A stretch of DNA of 64,000 nucleotides from Vicinamibacteria bacterium (GTDB lineage: Bacteria; Acidobacteriota; Vicinamibacteria; Marinacidobacterales; Marinacidobacteraceae): assembly GCA_963422395.1 (NCBI GenBank), contig OY729431.1, positions 864,001 to 928,000 on the forward strand, read 5' to 3'. Position 1 is the first letter of the stretch. Each line of letters begins with the position of its first letter. Shown here piece after piece: positions 30,118 to 40,197 of the stretch. The translations under genes were made by a program, and so were the position numbers. The notes beneath the pieces are model-generated. The model did no database searches and was not told where the DNA came from. It was given only the letters and a program-made list of their open reading frames with translations.

Positions 30118-30795
30118 GTGCGAGACGCAACTTTCCGCCCCGCTCCCGGAGCGCGCAGCCCGAGGCTGTTCGCTGCGATTCCTCTCCCCGAGGCGGTCCG
30201 GTGCCGGCTCGACGAAGCCGCCGCGGAATTCTGTCGGGCGCTGCCCCAGGGTATGGCGCGCTCCGTCCCGCCCGAGAATCTGCATCTGACCCTGCGCTTT
30301 TTCGGTCCGGAGAATGCGTCGGGAGGTCAGGGGCCGACCGCGGCTTCGCTCCGGGAGCGACTCGCCAGCAGGACCGCCGGCTTGCCTGCCCCGGTCCTCA
30401 CGCACACGGGCTTTTCCGCCTTTCCCGGAAAGGGGAAGGTGCGGATCGTCTGGGCCGGGTTTTCCGAGGAAGGAGGCCGGCTCACTGCCGTTCAGCAGGC
30501 TACCGAGATGGCTGCGCGGGACGCCGGTCTCGCTCCGGAGGCACGCCGATTCGTCCCGCACGCGACGATCGCCCGACTCCGGGTCCCGTCGCCGATCAGC
30601 AGGGAAGTGCTGGCGTTGCTCGGAACCGGGGGCGCGGCGGAAGCCGCCGCCGGGGGTCCCTTTCCCGCCGCCTTCGTGGACCTCATGGCCAGTATTCTCA
30701 CCCCGGGCGGCGCGGTGTACCGCCGGTTAGCCCGTTTCCCCCTCGCTTACTCCCGGTCGTCCGTCAACGCCGCGGATTCCTGGGGTGAGGGGTGA
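30118..30795 (+). CDS. thpR: RNA 2',3'-cyclic phosphodiesterase (2H family)
   Basis: RLFAAI and two HxT motifs (NLHLTLRF, FVPHATIAR). Confidence 0.9.
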   Translation: MRDATFRPAPGARSPRLFAAIPLPEAVRCRLDEAAAEFCRALPQGMARSVPPENLHLTLRFFGPENASGGQGPTAASLRERLASRTAGLPAPVLTHTGFSAFPGKGKVRIVWAGFSEEGGRLTAVQQATEMAARDAGLAPEARRFVPHATIARLRVPSPISREVLALLGTGGAAEAAAGGPFPAAFVDLMASILTPGGAVYRRLARFPLAYSRSSVNAADSWGEG

Positions 30796-30809
30796 AGAGG
30801 AGGAGATCA

Positions 30810-31130
30810 GGCGTTTCGCTCTTCCCAGGGGGGAGCGAGACGCGGCACCACCCCACGCCCCGATCCGAGAGCTGCGAGTTTCGTCCGTGGCCTGAAAACA
30901 ACATGTTGCGCCCGAAGCGGAGCTTCGGGAGCGTCGCAGCGGGGGAAAGATGTGAAAGGGGGTTTACCCCCGTTCACGAATTGGTGACACCGAATCCGAA
31001 ATCGCTTCTATGGCAGGAGTTCGGATTCGCGGCGCGGAGCGCCGGGCGATTCGGGAACGGGGCGTTTTCTCTCTTTCCGCAAGGGAGCGAGACGCGGCAC
31101 CACCCCACGCCCCGTTCCCGAATCGCTCAG
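30810..31130 (-). repeat. Dispersed repeat family 2, inverted copy C (30951-31130) plus partial duplicate D (30810-30870)
   Basis: Reverse complement matches 2316-2491; gggagcgagacgcggcaccaccccacgccccg occurs at both about 30832 and 31083. Confidence 0.75.
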
Positions 31131-32255
31131 CTCGACGATCCGGAATTCCGCGAGCAGGTCGGGTCCGAGGCATGCATACCGCGCCGTCGCCGGGAGCGGC
31201 TGGGAAAGCGGCGGCCGCCGGCGGCCGCCGGCCTGGGATCTCGCGGCGTCGAACAGCCCGGTCCCTTCGCCCCGGCCCAGAAACCGCGGCGCCAGGTAGA
31301 GGACGAGACGATCGGCCAGCCCGTCTTGTAAAAATGCCGAAGTCAGCCGGGGTCCTGCTTCCACGAGGAGCGTCCGCGCGCCGCGCCGCCCGATCTCGGT
31401 CAGCACCGCTTCGAGCGAGAGCGCGACCGCGGTGTTCTCCGGGGTGGGCCCAGGGGAGGCCAGCGGGGCTTCGACGACCTCGACGCCGAGAGTGCCGAGC
31501 GCCCGCCGCGCCGCCGCCGGAGCTTCGGGACCAACCACCACCAGCACCGGATCGCGGTCGCGTCCGTTCAGGATCCTCGCTTCCGGGGCGATCCGCAGGG
31601 TCGGATCCAGCACCACCCGGAGCAGCGCCCGAGCGCCGCGGCGAGGCCGCGCCGTCAGCCGGGGATCGTCCGCAGCCACCGTGGCGATCCCGGTGAGGAC
31701 TGCGTCGTTCTCGCGCCGCAGCACCCGCCCGTGCCCCCGGGTGCGGGGCCTCGTGATCCAGCGGGTCCCGGGCGGAGCCATCACTCCGTCCACCGAGATC
31801 GCCGCCTTCACCGTGACCCAGGGCCTTCCGGTGCGCAGGTATTTGAAAAAGGCCGAGTTGAGATCGCGAGCCTCGGAGTCGAGCACGCCGGTGCTCACTT
31901 CGACACCGGCGGCGCGCAGCCGGCGGAAGCCTCCTCCGGAAACCCGCGGGTCGGGGTCGGGATGTGCCGTGACCACCCGGCGGATCCCCGAGGCGATGAT
32001 CCGCTCGACGCAGGGGGGCGTCCGGCCGACATGGCAACACGGTTCGAGATTTACGAAGAGCGTCGCCCCCATCACCGCCGGTCCCGCTTCCAGCACCTGG
32101 GCCTCGGCGTGAGGGCCGCCCGCGCGGGAGTGGAAGGCTTCGGCGAGCACCCGCCCCCCGCGTACCAGGACGGCTCCGACCGCCGGGTTGGGCGGCGCGG
32201 TGTACCTTCCGAGCGCGGCGAGCTCGAGCGCCCGCCGCATGAAGACTTCGTCCAC
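31008..32255 (-). CDS. ribD: Bifunctional riboflavin deaminase/reductase RibD
   Basis: PNPAVGAV, HAE, NLEPCCH.GRTPPC, K.A.S.DG, DDPRLTAR, LLVEAG. Confidence 0.93.
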   Translation of the reverse strand: MDEVFMRRALELAALGRYTAPPNPAVGAVLVRGGRVLAEAFHSRAGGPHAEAQVLEAGPAVMGATLFVNLEPCCHVGRTPPCVERIIASGIRRVVTAHPDPDPRVSGGGFRRLRAAGVEVSTGVLDSEARDLNSAFFKYLRTGRPWVTVKAAISVDGVMAPPGTRWITRPRTRGHGRVLRRENDAVLTGIATVAADDPRLTARPRRGARALLRVVLDPTLRIAPEARILNGRDRDPVLVVVGPEAPAAARRALGTLGVEVVEAPLASPGPTPENTAVALSLEAVLTEIGRRGARTLLVEAGPRLTSAFLQDGLADRLVLYLAPRFLGRGEGTGLFDAARSQAGGRRRPPLSQPLPATARYACLGPDLLAEFRIVELSDSGTGRGVVPRLAPLRKERKRPVPESPGAPRRESELLP

Positions 32256-32329
32256 GGGCGGATCGTATGGGCGCGCTCGGTCGTTGGGGCGGTTGCACGG
32301 AGCGGGCGGCTCGGTCAGTCTCCCGGCTC

Positions 32330-32956
32330 ATGTTCACCGGATTGGTCCTCGGCGTCGGCGAGGTCTGTGAGGCGCGCCCGCTCGCCGGAGGCGCGCGGCT
32401 TCTCACCGTCTCCGATCCGGCGGCGCTGCTCGACGAGGTGTCTCCGGGACAGAGCGTCGCGGTCGCCGGCGTCTGTCTGACCGCAACCGCAACGGGACGC
32501 GCCCGGGTATCCTTCGAGGTCTCCACCGAGACCCTCTCCCGAACCACTCTCGGCGCCTTCCATCCGGGCTGTCCGGTGAACCTCGAGTTGCCGCTGCGCG
32601 CTTCGGACCGGCTCGGCGGCCATTTCGTACAGGGGCATGTGGACGGGGCCGGGGCAGTCCTCGCCGCCGGCGGCGAAGACGCTGACTACCGAGTGCGGAT
32701 CCGGCACGGCGAGCCTCGCTGGATCGTCGAGAAGGGCTCGGTGGCCCTCGATGGAGTGAGCCTCACCGTCGCCGCTTCCCTCCCCGACGAGGCGTGCTTC
32801 GAAGTGATGCTGATCCCGCACACCCGGCAGGCGACCACGCTCGGCCGACTGCGGGCAGGCGACACGGTGAACCTCGAATACGACATCCTCGCCAAGTACC
32901 TGGCCCGATTCGTTGCCGCTACGATTCCAGTGCCCGGCCCGGTTCCCCGGGGATGA
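32330..32956 (+). CDS. ribE: Riboflavin synthase (alpha chain)
   Basis: [41 protein letters not shown]. Confidence 0.95.
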   Translation: MFTGLVLGVGEVCEARPLAGGARLLTVSDPAALLDEVSPGQSVAVAGVCLTATATGRARVSFEVSTETLSRTTLGAFHPGCPVNLELPLRASDRLGGHFVQGHVDGAGAVLAAGGEDADYRVRIRHGEPRWIVEKGSVALDGVSLTVAASLPDEACFEVMLIPHTRQATTLGRLRAGDTVNLEYDILAKYLARFVAATIPVPGPVPRG

Positions 32957-34239
32957 AGGCCGAGTCCCCCGGAGTTCGAGAAGTGGCTGACCCCAAAGCG
33001 CCCCCCGCCCGGCTTCCCGGCGAGGAAACCCCGGTCCCGCCGTTCCTCTCGGTAGAACAGGCAGTCGCGGAGATCGCTACCGGCCGGATGGTCGTCGTGG
33101 TGGACGACGAGGACCGCGAGAACGAGGGAGACCTGACGGTCGCGGCGGAAAAGGTGACCCCCGAGGTGGTGAACTTCATGGCTACCCACGGCCGGGGCCT
33201 GATCTGCATGCCGATGATCGGGGAGCGGCTCGACGCGCTCGACATCCCGCTCATGGTGGAGGAGAACACCTCGACACTCAGGACGGCTTTCTGCGTCTCC
33301 ATCGAGGCTCGCGAGGGAGTCACTACCGGGATTTCGGCGGCCGACCGCGCCCGAACGGTGCTGGCGGCCATCCATCCCGACACCGCGCCCACAGACCTCG
33401 TGCGTCCCGGCCATGTCTTCCCGCTCCGCGCCCGTCCCGGAGGGGTGCTGCAGCGGGCCGGGCAGACGGAGGCCGGGGTGGATCTCGCCCGAATCGCCGG
33501 GCTCTACCCCGCGGCGGTCATCTGCGAAGTGATGAAGGACGACGGGACGATGGCCCGCCTGCCGGATCTCATGGCCTTCGCCGGGCGCCACGGGCTCGGC
33601 ATCGTCAGCGTCGCCGATCTGATTCGCTATCGGCTGCGCACCGAGTCGCTGGTGCGGCGGCTGGCGGAAACGGTGTTGCCCACCCGGTTCGGCACCTTCC
33701 GTACCGCCGCCTACGAAAACACCCTCGACCAGACGAAGCATCTGGTGCTGCAGCTCGGCGAGGCGAGACCCGATCGGCCGGTGCTGGTGCGAGTCCACAG
33801 CCAGTGCCTCACCGGCGAGGTCTTCGGCTCCCAGCGCTGCGACTGCGGTCCGCAGCTCGAAGCGGCGCTCTCGCGAATCGGGGACGAAGGCGCCGGGGTG
33901 CTGCTCTACCTGAACCAGGAAGGCCGCGGCATCGGCTTGGTGAACAAGTTGCGAGCCTACGCCGCGCAGGATGCCGGGCTCGACACGGTGGATGCGAACA
34001 CCCACCTCGGGTTCCGGGCCGACCAGCGCGAATACGGGGTGGGCGCGCAGATCCTCCGCGATCTCGGGGTGGGCCGCATCCGCTTGCTCACGAACAATCC
34101 CCGGAAGTTCGTCGCGCTCGAGGCCCACGGGTTGGTCATCGAGGAGCGGGTTTCCATCGAGGTCCCGGCGACCGAGCACTCTCGCGACTACCTGCGCACC
34201 AAGAAAGAACGCATGGGGCACCTCCTGACGGAGGTTTGA
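32953..34239 (+). CDS. ribBA: Bifunctional DHBP synthase / GTP cyclohydrolase II
   Basis: [51 protein letters not shown]. Confidence 0.96.
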   Translation: MKAESPGVREVADPKAPPARLPGEETPVPPFLSVEQAVAEIATGRMVVVVDDEDRENEGDLTVAAEKVTPEVVNFMATHGRGLICMPMIGERLDALDIPLMVEENTSTLRTAFCVSIEAREGVTTGISAADRARTVLAAIHPDTAPTDLVRPGHVFPLRARPGGVLQRAGQTEAGVDLARIAGLYPAAVICEVMKDDGTMARLPDLMAFAGRHGLGIVSVADLIRYRLRTESLVRRLAETVLPTRFGTFRTAAYENTLDQTKHLVLQLGEARPDRPVLVRVHSQCLTGEVFGSQRCDCGPQLEAALSRIGDEGAGVLLYLNQEGRGIGLVNKLRAYAAQDAGLDTVDANTHLGFRADQREYGVGAQILRDLGVGRIRLLTNNPRKFVALEAHGLVIEERVSIEVPATEHSRDYLRTKKERMGHLLTEV

Positions 34240-34243
34240 TCTC

Positions 34244-34457
34244 TAGCAGTCCGTGGATAGAGTGGCGCGAGCACCGAGACCGGGCCAGTTCTCCCGGTGG
34301 GGGCGGCGCCTGGCGGACAAGGCGCGAATCGGGAGGCATACCGGGCGTATTCCGACGGATTCGCAACGAAGAGCGAAGCGGTTCAGCCAGGGCCCCCACC
34401 GGGAGGACTGGGCATCGCTGGTCGGATGCCGTGTGACTTTGTCCGCGGGCTGCTCTA
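34244..34457 (-). mobile_element. MITE family 1, copy 2 (opposite orientation, about 20-bp internal insertion)
   Basis: TAGCAGTCCGTGGA...TCCGCGGGCTGCT ends; body matches 54391-54584. Confidence 0.85.
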
Positions 34458-34608
34458 GGGCGGGACTCTCCGGAGTCCGCTCCGCTCCCCGCAGGAAGCG
34501 GTGGCGGGACAGGTGCCCGGCGGGGGCTTTCCGGTGCGCTCCGGCGGGAAATCGGCGCTCCCGCTGTTACCATCCCTTCCCCGTTCCACTGCCAGGGGAT
34601 CGATCAGC

Positions 34609-35181
34609 TTGGCCAATACCTACGCCACCAACGAGTTTCGAAGCGGCCTGAAAGTCCTGCTCGACGGCGATCCCTCGGTCCTGCTCGACTGCGAGTTCGT
34701 CAAGCCGGGAAAGGGACAGGCGTTCACCCGCATCCGCTACCGGAACCTGAAGACCGGTCGGGTGCTCGACAAGACGCTGAAGTCTTCGGAGAAGGTCGAA
34801 GCCGCAGATGTGGTGGACACCGAGATGCAGTATCTCTACTCCGACGGCGGAGAATGGCATTTCATGGATCCGCGCAGCTACGAGCAGTTCGTTGCCGCGA
34901 AGGCATCGTTCGGGGGCACCGAAAAATGGCTGCTCCAGGGAATGAACTGCTCGGTCACTCTCTACAACGACCAGATCCTGCTCGTGAGCCCGCCGCACTT
35001 CGTCGAGCTTCGGGTGGTAGAGACCGAACCCGGAATTCGGGGCGATACTGCGACCGGCGGCTCCAAGAACGCCACCCTCGAAACCGGGGCAGTGGTGCGG
35101 GTGCCGCTGTTCATCGGAAAGGACGAGGTGCTCCGCCTCGATACCCGTACCGGTGAATATGTTTCCCGGGTGAAGAACTGA
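34609..35181 (+). CDS. efp: Elongation factor P (Lys type)
   Basis: [47 protein letters not shown]. Confidence 0.96.
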   Translation: MANTYATNEFRSGLKVLLDGDPSVLLDCEFVKPGKGQAFTRIRYRNLKTGRVLDKTLKSSEKVEAADVVDTEMQYLYSDGGEWHFMDPRSYEQFVAAKASFGGTEKWLLQGMNCSVTLYNDQILLVSPPHFVELRVVETEPGIRGDTATGGSKNATLETGAVVRVPLFIGKDEVLRLDTRTGEYVSRVKN

Positions 35182-36128
35182 GCGGGGAAACGCCCCCGAA
35201 CTGGCAGCCCTCGGCCCCGGCGGCGAATCTACGGGAGCGCGCCCGCATCGTTTCCCGTCTGCGCGCCTTTCTGACCGCGCGGGGGTACCTCGAGGTTGAG
35301 ACCCCGATCCTGGGGCCGAGCGCGGTCCCCGACCGGAACCTGGAATCGATTCCGGCAGGAAGCGGTTTCCTCCAAACCTCGCCCGAATACGCGATGAAAC
35401 GGCTGCTCGCGGCGGGAAGCGGTCCGATCTTCCAGATCGTCAAGGCCTTTCGCGCCGGAGAGACGGGCCGGCGGCACGCGCCGGAGTTCACTCTCGCCGA
35501 GTGGTACCGGCTCGGACCGCTTGCCGGACTGCTCAGCGAAATGGAACTGTTGCTCGGCCACCTGCTCGGAACGCCGCGCGCCGCGGTCAAGAGCTATCGG
35601 GAGCTGTTCCTTGCGGCGGTCGGTGCCGATCCGCTCAGTGCCGGCGACCAACAGCTGGCGGTGCTCGCCGAGGCCCACGGCCACCCGGGGCGGCCGCTGG
35701 ATCGGGCGGAGGCGCTGGATTTCCTCTTCTCGCGCCTCGTGGAACCCAGCCTCGGCGAAAGCGCAGCGCCCACCTTCGTGGTTCGCTTCCCGGCGCCGCT
35801 CGCCGCGCTCGCGCGCCCAACCGAGAGCGATCCCCGTACTGCGGAGCGCTTCGAGGTCTTCTGCCGCGGCCTCGAACTCGCGAACGGATACGACGAACTG
35901 CAGGATCCGGAGGAACACCGCCGCCGCTTCGCCGCCGAAAACCGCGCCCGGGAATGCGCCGGTCGGCGGCCCGCTGCACTCGACGAGCGCCTGCTCGCCG
36001 CCCTCGAAAGCAGGGGCCTCCCCCGCTGCTCGGGGGTAGCACTCGGCGTGGACCGACTGGTCATGGCGGCGCTCGGCGCGTCGAGTCTCGAAGAAGTGGT
36101 CGCCTTCCGCGAGTCTCGGCTCCCCTGA
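35178..36128 (+). CDS. epmA: EF-P lysine aminoacylase EpmA (GenX/PoxA)
   Basis: Frame opens upstream of the listed ORF: WQPSA...LRERA...[28 protein letters not shown]....[14 protein letters not shown]. Confidence 0.92.
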   Translation: MSGETPPNWQPSAPAANLRERARIVSRLRAFLTARGYLEVETPILGPSAVPDRNLESIPAGSGFLQTSPEYAMKRLLAAGSGPIFQIVKAFRAGETGRRHAPEFTLAEWYRLGPLAGLLSEMELLLGHLLGTPRAAVKSYRELFLAAVGADPLSAGDQQLAVLAEAHGHPGRPLDRAEALDFLFSRLVEPSLGESAAPTFVVRFPAPLAALARPTESDPRTAERFEVFCRGLELANGYDELQDPEEHRRRFAAENRARECAGRRPAALDERLLAALESRGLPRCSGVALGVDRLVMAALGASSLEEVVAFRESRLP

Positions 36129-36230
36129 GATCCTGCGGGGGGATCGGGGTTCCGGCCGGCCGCATCCCCCGACTGCGTCCGCCCGGTACACTCGGTGCGT
36201 TTCCTCGTCTCTCATCCCCGGAGGTCCTTC

Positions 36231-39200
36231 ATGAATATCCGACGCCTCGTGATCCTGCTGTCCGCCGGAGTCTTCGCCGGGGTGCTGTCTGCCCCGCGGG
36301 CGCTCGCCCAGGGCAGCCATCGCGACTACGACGAACACTTCGACGAAGCGAATGTCACCGTGCCGCCCGAGTACTACGAGGGCATGGAGTTCCGGGCGGC
36401 CGGTTTCACCCGCGGCGGGCGCTCCACCGCGGCGGCCGGGGTGACCGGCGATCCGCTGACCTATTACTTCGGCGGCACCGGCGGCGGGGTGTTCAAGACC
36501 AGCGACGCGGGCCACAACTGGACGAATGTCAGCGACGGTTTCTTCGGGGTGGGCGCGGTGGGCGCCATCGCCGTCGCTCCGTCCGATGCGAATGTGGTCT
36601 ATGTAGGCACCGGGTCCGTGTGTCCGCGCGGGAACATCTCGGTGGGTGACGGCATCTACCGCTCGACGGATGCCGGCAAGAGCTGGAAACACATCGGGCT
36701 CCGGCACGCCGGACAGATCGGTGCCATCGCCGTCCATCCCGACGATCCAGAAGTCGCGTTCGCCGCCGTGCTCGGCTATATCTTCGGACCCAACGAAGAG
36801 CGCGGGATCTTCCGCACCGAAGACGGCGGGGAGAGCTGGGAACGGGTGTTCTTCCTCTCCGACCGCACCGGTTTCGTGGACATCCAGATGGATCCGACGA
36901 ATCCCCGCATCCTCTACGCCGGCGCCTGGCGCGCCGAGCGGAAGCCCTGGACGATGATCTCGGGGAGCGAAGACGGCGGCATCTACCGCAGCCGGGACGG
37001 CGGCGACAGCTGGGAAAAGGTCGAAGGCGGCCTGCCGTCGGGGCTTTTGGGAAAGACCGCGGTCGCGATTTCGCCGGCCAACCCGGACCGCATCTGGGCA
37101 CTCATCGAAGCGGAAGGCGACGACGGCGGGCTCTACCGCTCGGACGACGGCGGCGAACGCTGGACCCGGATCAACGGCGACGCGAATCTGCGCCAGCGCC
37201 CCTGGTACTACATCCACATCTATGCCGACCCGAAGGACGAGAACACCGTGTACGGCTTGAATGTGGGTTTCCACAAGTCCATCGACGGCGGCAAGACCTT
37301 CTCCGAGCGCATCCGGGTACCCCACGGCGACAACCACGACCTCTGGATCAACCCGGATGATCCGAGCAACATGATCAATGCCAACGACGGCGGCGCGAAT
37401 GTCTCCTTCGACGGGGGACAGAGCTGGACCGACCTGATGGGGCAGGAGACCTCGGAGATCTACCGGGTGTTCGTGGACGATCAGTGGCCGTACCGCATCT
37501 ATGGTTCGCAGCAGGACAACTCCACGATCTCGATCCCCTCGCGCGGCGGTTTCGGGGTAGTGCCCGACTGGTATTCGGTGGGCGGCTGTGAAAGCGGCCA
37601 CATCGCGGTGGACCCGCGCGATCCGGACATCATCTACGCCGGCTGTTACGGCGGTTCCATCTCCCGAGTGAACCGCAAGACCGGCGAATATCGGCAGATC
37701 CTCCATTACCCGCAGCTGCAGCTCGGGCAGGCGGCGCGCGACCTGAAGTACCGCTTCCAGTGGAATGCGCCCATCCGGCTCTCCCCGCACGACCCCGACA
37801 TCCTCTACCACGCTTCGCAGGTCGTCCACCTGTCCCGCGACCAGGGGCAGAGCTGGTCGGTGGTGAGTCCGGACCTGACGACGAACGACCCGGAACACCA
37901 GGATTACGCCGGCGGTCCGATCACCCGCGACAGCACCGGCGTCGAGGTGTACAACACTGTTTTCGCCTTCGAGGAATCGCCGCACACCCCGGGGGAGCTA
38001 TGGGCCGGGAGCGACGACGGCCGCGTCCATATCTCCCGCGACCGGGGCGATACCTGGACCGAGATCACTCCGGCGGACATGCCCGAAGGCGGCACCGTCA
38101 ATGTGATCGAACTCTCGGTGCACGACCCGGCGCGCGCCTTCCTCGCGGTGTACCGGTACCGTGAGAACGACTTCCGCCCTTACATCTTCCGCACCGGGGA
38201 TGCCGGGGCGAGCTGGGACCTGCTGACCGACGGCACGAACGGGATCCCGCCCACGCATCCTACCCGCGCCATTCGCGAAGACCCGGATCGGATGGGGCTG
38301 CTCTACGCCGGCACCGAGTTCGGCCTCTACATCTCCTTCGACGACGGCGCCCATTGGCAAAGGTTCCAGAACGACCTGCCGGTCACCCCGATCACCGACC
38401 TCCGGGTGCACCGGAAGGACCTGGTGGTGTCCACCCAGGGCCGTTCCTTCTGGGTGCTCGACGACCTGAGCCCGCTCCACCAGCTCGACGAGGAAACCAC
38501 GACCGCAGAGTCCGTGCTCTACGCACCGCGCACCGCGCACCGCGGCGGTTTCGGCGGTGCGGCCCGGATCCAGTATCACTTGAAGAACGAGCCGGAATCG
38601 GCCATCACCCTCGAAATCCTCGATTCCGCAGGGAATACGGTGCGAAAGCTCACCGGACAGCCGGGCGCTGGTGCTCCGAGCGGGCCGGTCTCGCCGTTCG
38701 CGGCGTTCTTCGGCGGCGGGGGACCCGAAAGGCTGCCGGCGAAGGCAGGGCTCAACTCCTTCCGCTGGAACCTGCGCGGTGAGCGGATCGAGCGACCCGC
38801 CGGAGTCGTCCACTGGGGCGGGACGCCGGGTCTCCCGGTGCTTCCCGAGACATATGAAGTGCGTCTCACCGTGGGCGAGGAAACCCATACCGCGCCACTC
38901 GAAGTGGCGATCAACCCGAGCCTCTCCTCCACCGCCGCAGATCTCGCGAAACAGCGCGAGCTCGGCGAAACCGTCGCCGGTGAGATCACGAAACTCTTCG
39001 ACGCGCTCACCCGCCTCCGCGAGGTGAAGTCCCAGGCCGAAGACATCACCGCCCGCCTGCGGAAAGCAGACCGGGAAGACGAGGAACTCGGAGAACTCTC
39101 GAAAGCGCTCGGCGACCGCCTCACCGCGATCGAGGAAACGATCACCCAGACGAACAGCAAGTCCTCCCAGGACCCGATCAACTTCCCGCCGCAGATCGAC

Positions 39201-39422
39201 AACCAGCTCGTCACTCTCTACGGATATATCGTCCAGGCCGATTACGAACCCACCGCGGGCGCTTATGAACGCTTCGACGACCTGAAACCCGAGCTCGACG
39301 CCATCCACACCGATCTCGATGCGGCCATCACCGAGCACCTCGTCCCCTTCAACGCGCGGATCGCCGCCCTCGGCGTCCCGGCGGTCGTGGTGGCGGAGGA
39401 GGAGGAAACCCCGGGCAATTGA
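36231..39422 (+). CDS. Secreted VPS10/sortilin-like BNR (Asp-box) repeat protein, putative glycosyl hydrolase
   Basis: Signal peptide; many S.D.G.TW Asp-boxes; C-terminal helical tail. Confidence 0.85.
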   Translation: MNIRRLVILLSAGVFAGVLSAPRALAQGSHRDYDEHFDEANVTVPPEYYEGMEFRAAGFTRGGRSTAAAGVTGDPLTYYFGGTGGGVFKTSDAGHNWTNVSDGFFGVGAVGAIAVAPSDANVVYVGTGSVCPRGNISVGDGIYRSTDAGKSWKHIGLRHAGQIGAIAVHPDDPEVAFAAVLGYIFGPNEERGIFRTEDGGESWERVFFLSDRTGFVDIQMDPTNPRILYAGAWRAERKPWTMISGSEDGGIYRSRDGGDSWEKVEGGLPSGLLGKTAVAISPANPDRIWALIEAEGDDGGLYRSDDGGERWTRINGDANLRQRPWYYIHIYADPKDENTVYGLNVGFHKSIDGGKTFSERIRVPHGDNHDLWINPDDPSNMINANDGGANVSFDGGQSWTDLMGQETSEIYRVFVDDQWPYRIYGSQQDNSTISIPSRGGFGVVPDWYSVGGCESGHIAVDPRDPDIIYAGCYGGSISRVNRKTGEYRQILHYPQLQLGQAARDLKYRFQWNAPIRLSPHDPDILYHASQVVHLSRDQGQSWSVVSPDLTTNDPEHQDYAGGPITRDSTGVEVYNTVFAFEESPHTPGELWAGSDDGRVHISRDRGDTWTEITPADMPEGGTVNVIELSVHDPARAFLAVYRYRENDFRPYIFRTGDAGASWDLLTDGTNGIPPTHPTRAIREDPDRMGLLYAGTEFGLYISFDDGAHWQRFQNDLPVTPITDLRVHRKDLVVSTQGRSFWVLDDLSPLHQLDEETTTAESVLYAPRTAHRGGFGGAARIQYHLKNEPESAITLEILDSAGNTVRKLTGQPGAGAPSGPVSPFAAFFGGGGPERLPAKAGLNSFRWNLRGERIERPAGVVHWGGTPGLPVLPETYEVRLTVGEETHTAPLEVAINPSLSSTAADLAKQRELGETVAGEITKLFDALTRLREVKSQAEDITARLRKADREDEELGELSKALGDRLTAIEETITQTNSKSSQDPINFPPQIDNQLVTLYGYIVQADYEPTAGAYERFDDLKPELDAIHTDLDAAITEHLVPFNARIAALGVPAVVVAEEEETPGN

Positions 39423-39499
39423 TCGAATCGAACGACCCGTATCCGAGAGGTTCGGGTGCCTCCGGTCGGCGCCCCTCCGGGCCGTGAATCGGGGAAGAG

Positions 39500-40105
39500 A
39501 TGAAGGGTCGAAAGGTTTTCTCCTCCGTGTGGCAGCGCCTGCTGGCGGAACCGAGCCCTCGTCTCGAAGAAGCCCTCTCGGATGCAGTCGAGAAGAAGAC
39601 CGGGGTGCCGCCCGACCGGGGCCTGGTGGCGGCCTTCTTGCGCGAGCAGGCGGAGGCGGCCCCGATCGAGGAGGGGCAGGATCGGCCAGCGCCGAGCGGA
39701 CCATTGCCGGCCCCTGCGCCGTCGAGGGGCGGAGGCCCGTTTTCCTTCAGCTTCGCTGGCGAGACGCGTTCGTTTCGGTATGCGAAGGATTTGCTCGTAG
39801 CCGTCTTCCGGAAGCTGGCGGCCCGTGATCCGGGCTTCTGCGAGCGGTATGCGGGCCGTTACTACGGCACGAAGAGGCGGTACCTGGCCACTCGCAGGGA
39901 GGACCTGTTTCCGGACACTCCCGAGCGGATCGCCATCGGAGCCGTCTCGGTCGCATCCGGCTGGTGGCTCGGAACGCATATGGGAAACTCTCAAAAGGTG
40001 CTGCGGATCCGCGAAGCCTGTGAGGTCGCCGGGCTCCGCTTCGAGGAGGATCTCGTCGTCGACTTTCCCATTCGACCGAGAAGAAGACGCGGCGGCCGAT
40101 CCTGA
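39500..40105 (+). CDS. Hypothetical protein resembling the C-terminal half of HsdR_N-type restriction proteins (SeqA-C-like domain)
   Basis: WQRLLAEP..L....VEKKTG..PD linker, then G.KRRYLA...DL...GWWLGTH..NSQK; no nuclease domain visible. Confidence 0.5.
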   Translation: MKGRKVFSSVWQRLLAEPSPRLEEALSDAVEKKTGVPPDRGLVAAFLREQAEAAPIEEGQDRPAPSGPLPAPAPSRGGGPFSFSFAGETRSFRYAKDLLVAVFRKLAARDPGFCERYAGRYYGTKRRYLATRREDLFPDTPERIAIGAVSVASGWWLGTHMGNSQKVLRIREACEVAGLRFEEDLVVDFPIRPRRRRGGRS

Positions 40106-40197
40106 GTGCGGCAGTTTTGCGTCTTCGAGTGGTCCTCGCGGCCGAGACACCGCATCCCCCGAGCAACTGATCCGACCGGACCGGCGGGGCCGAACCC

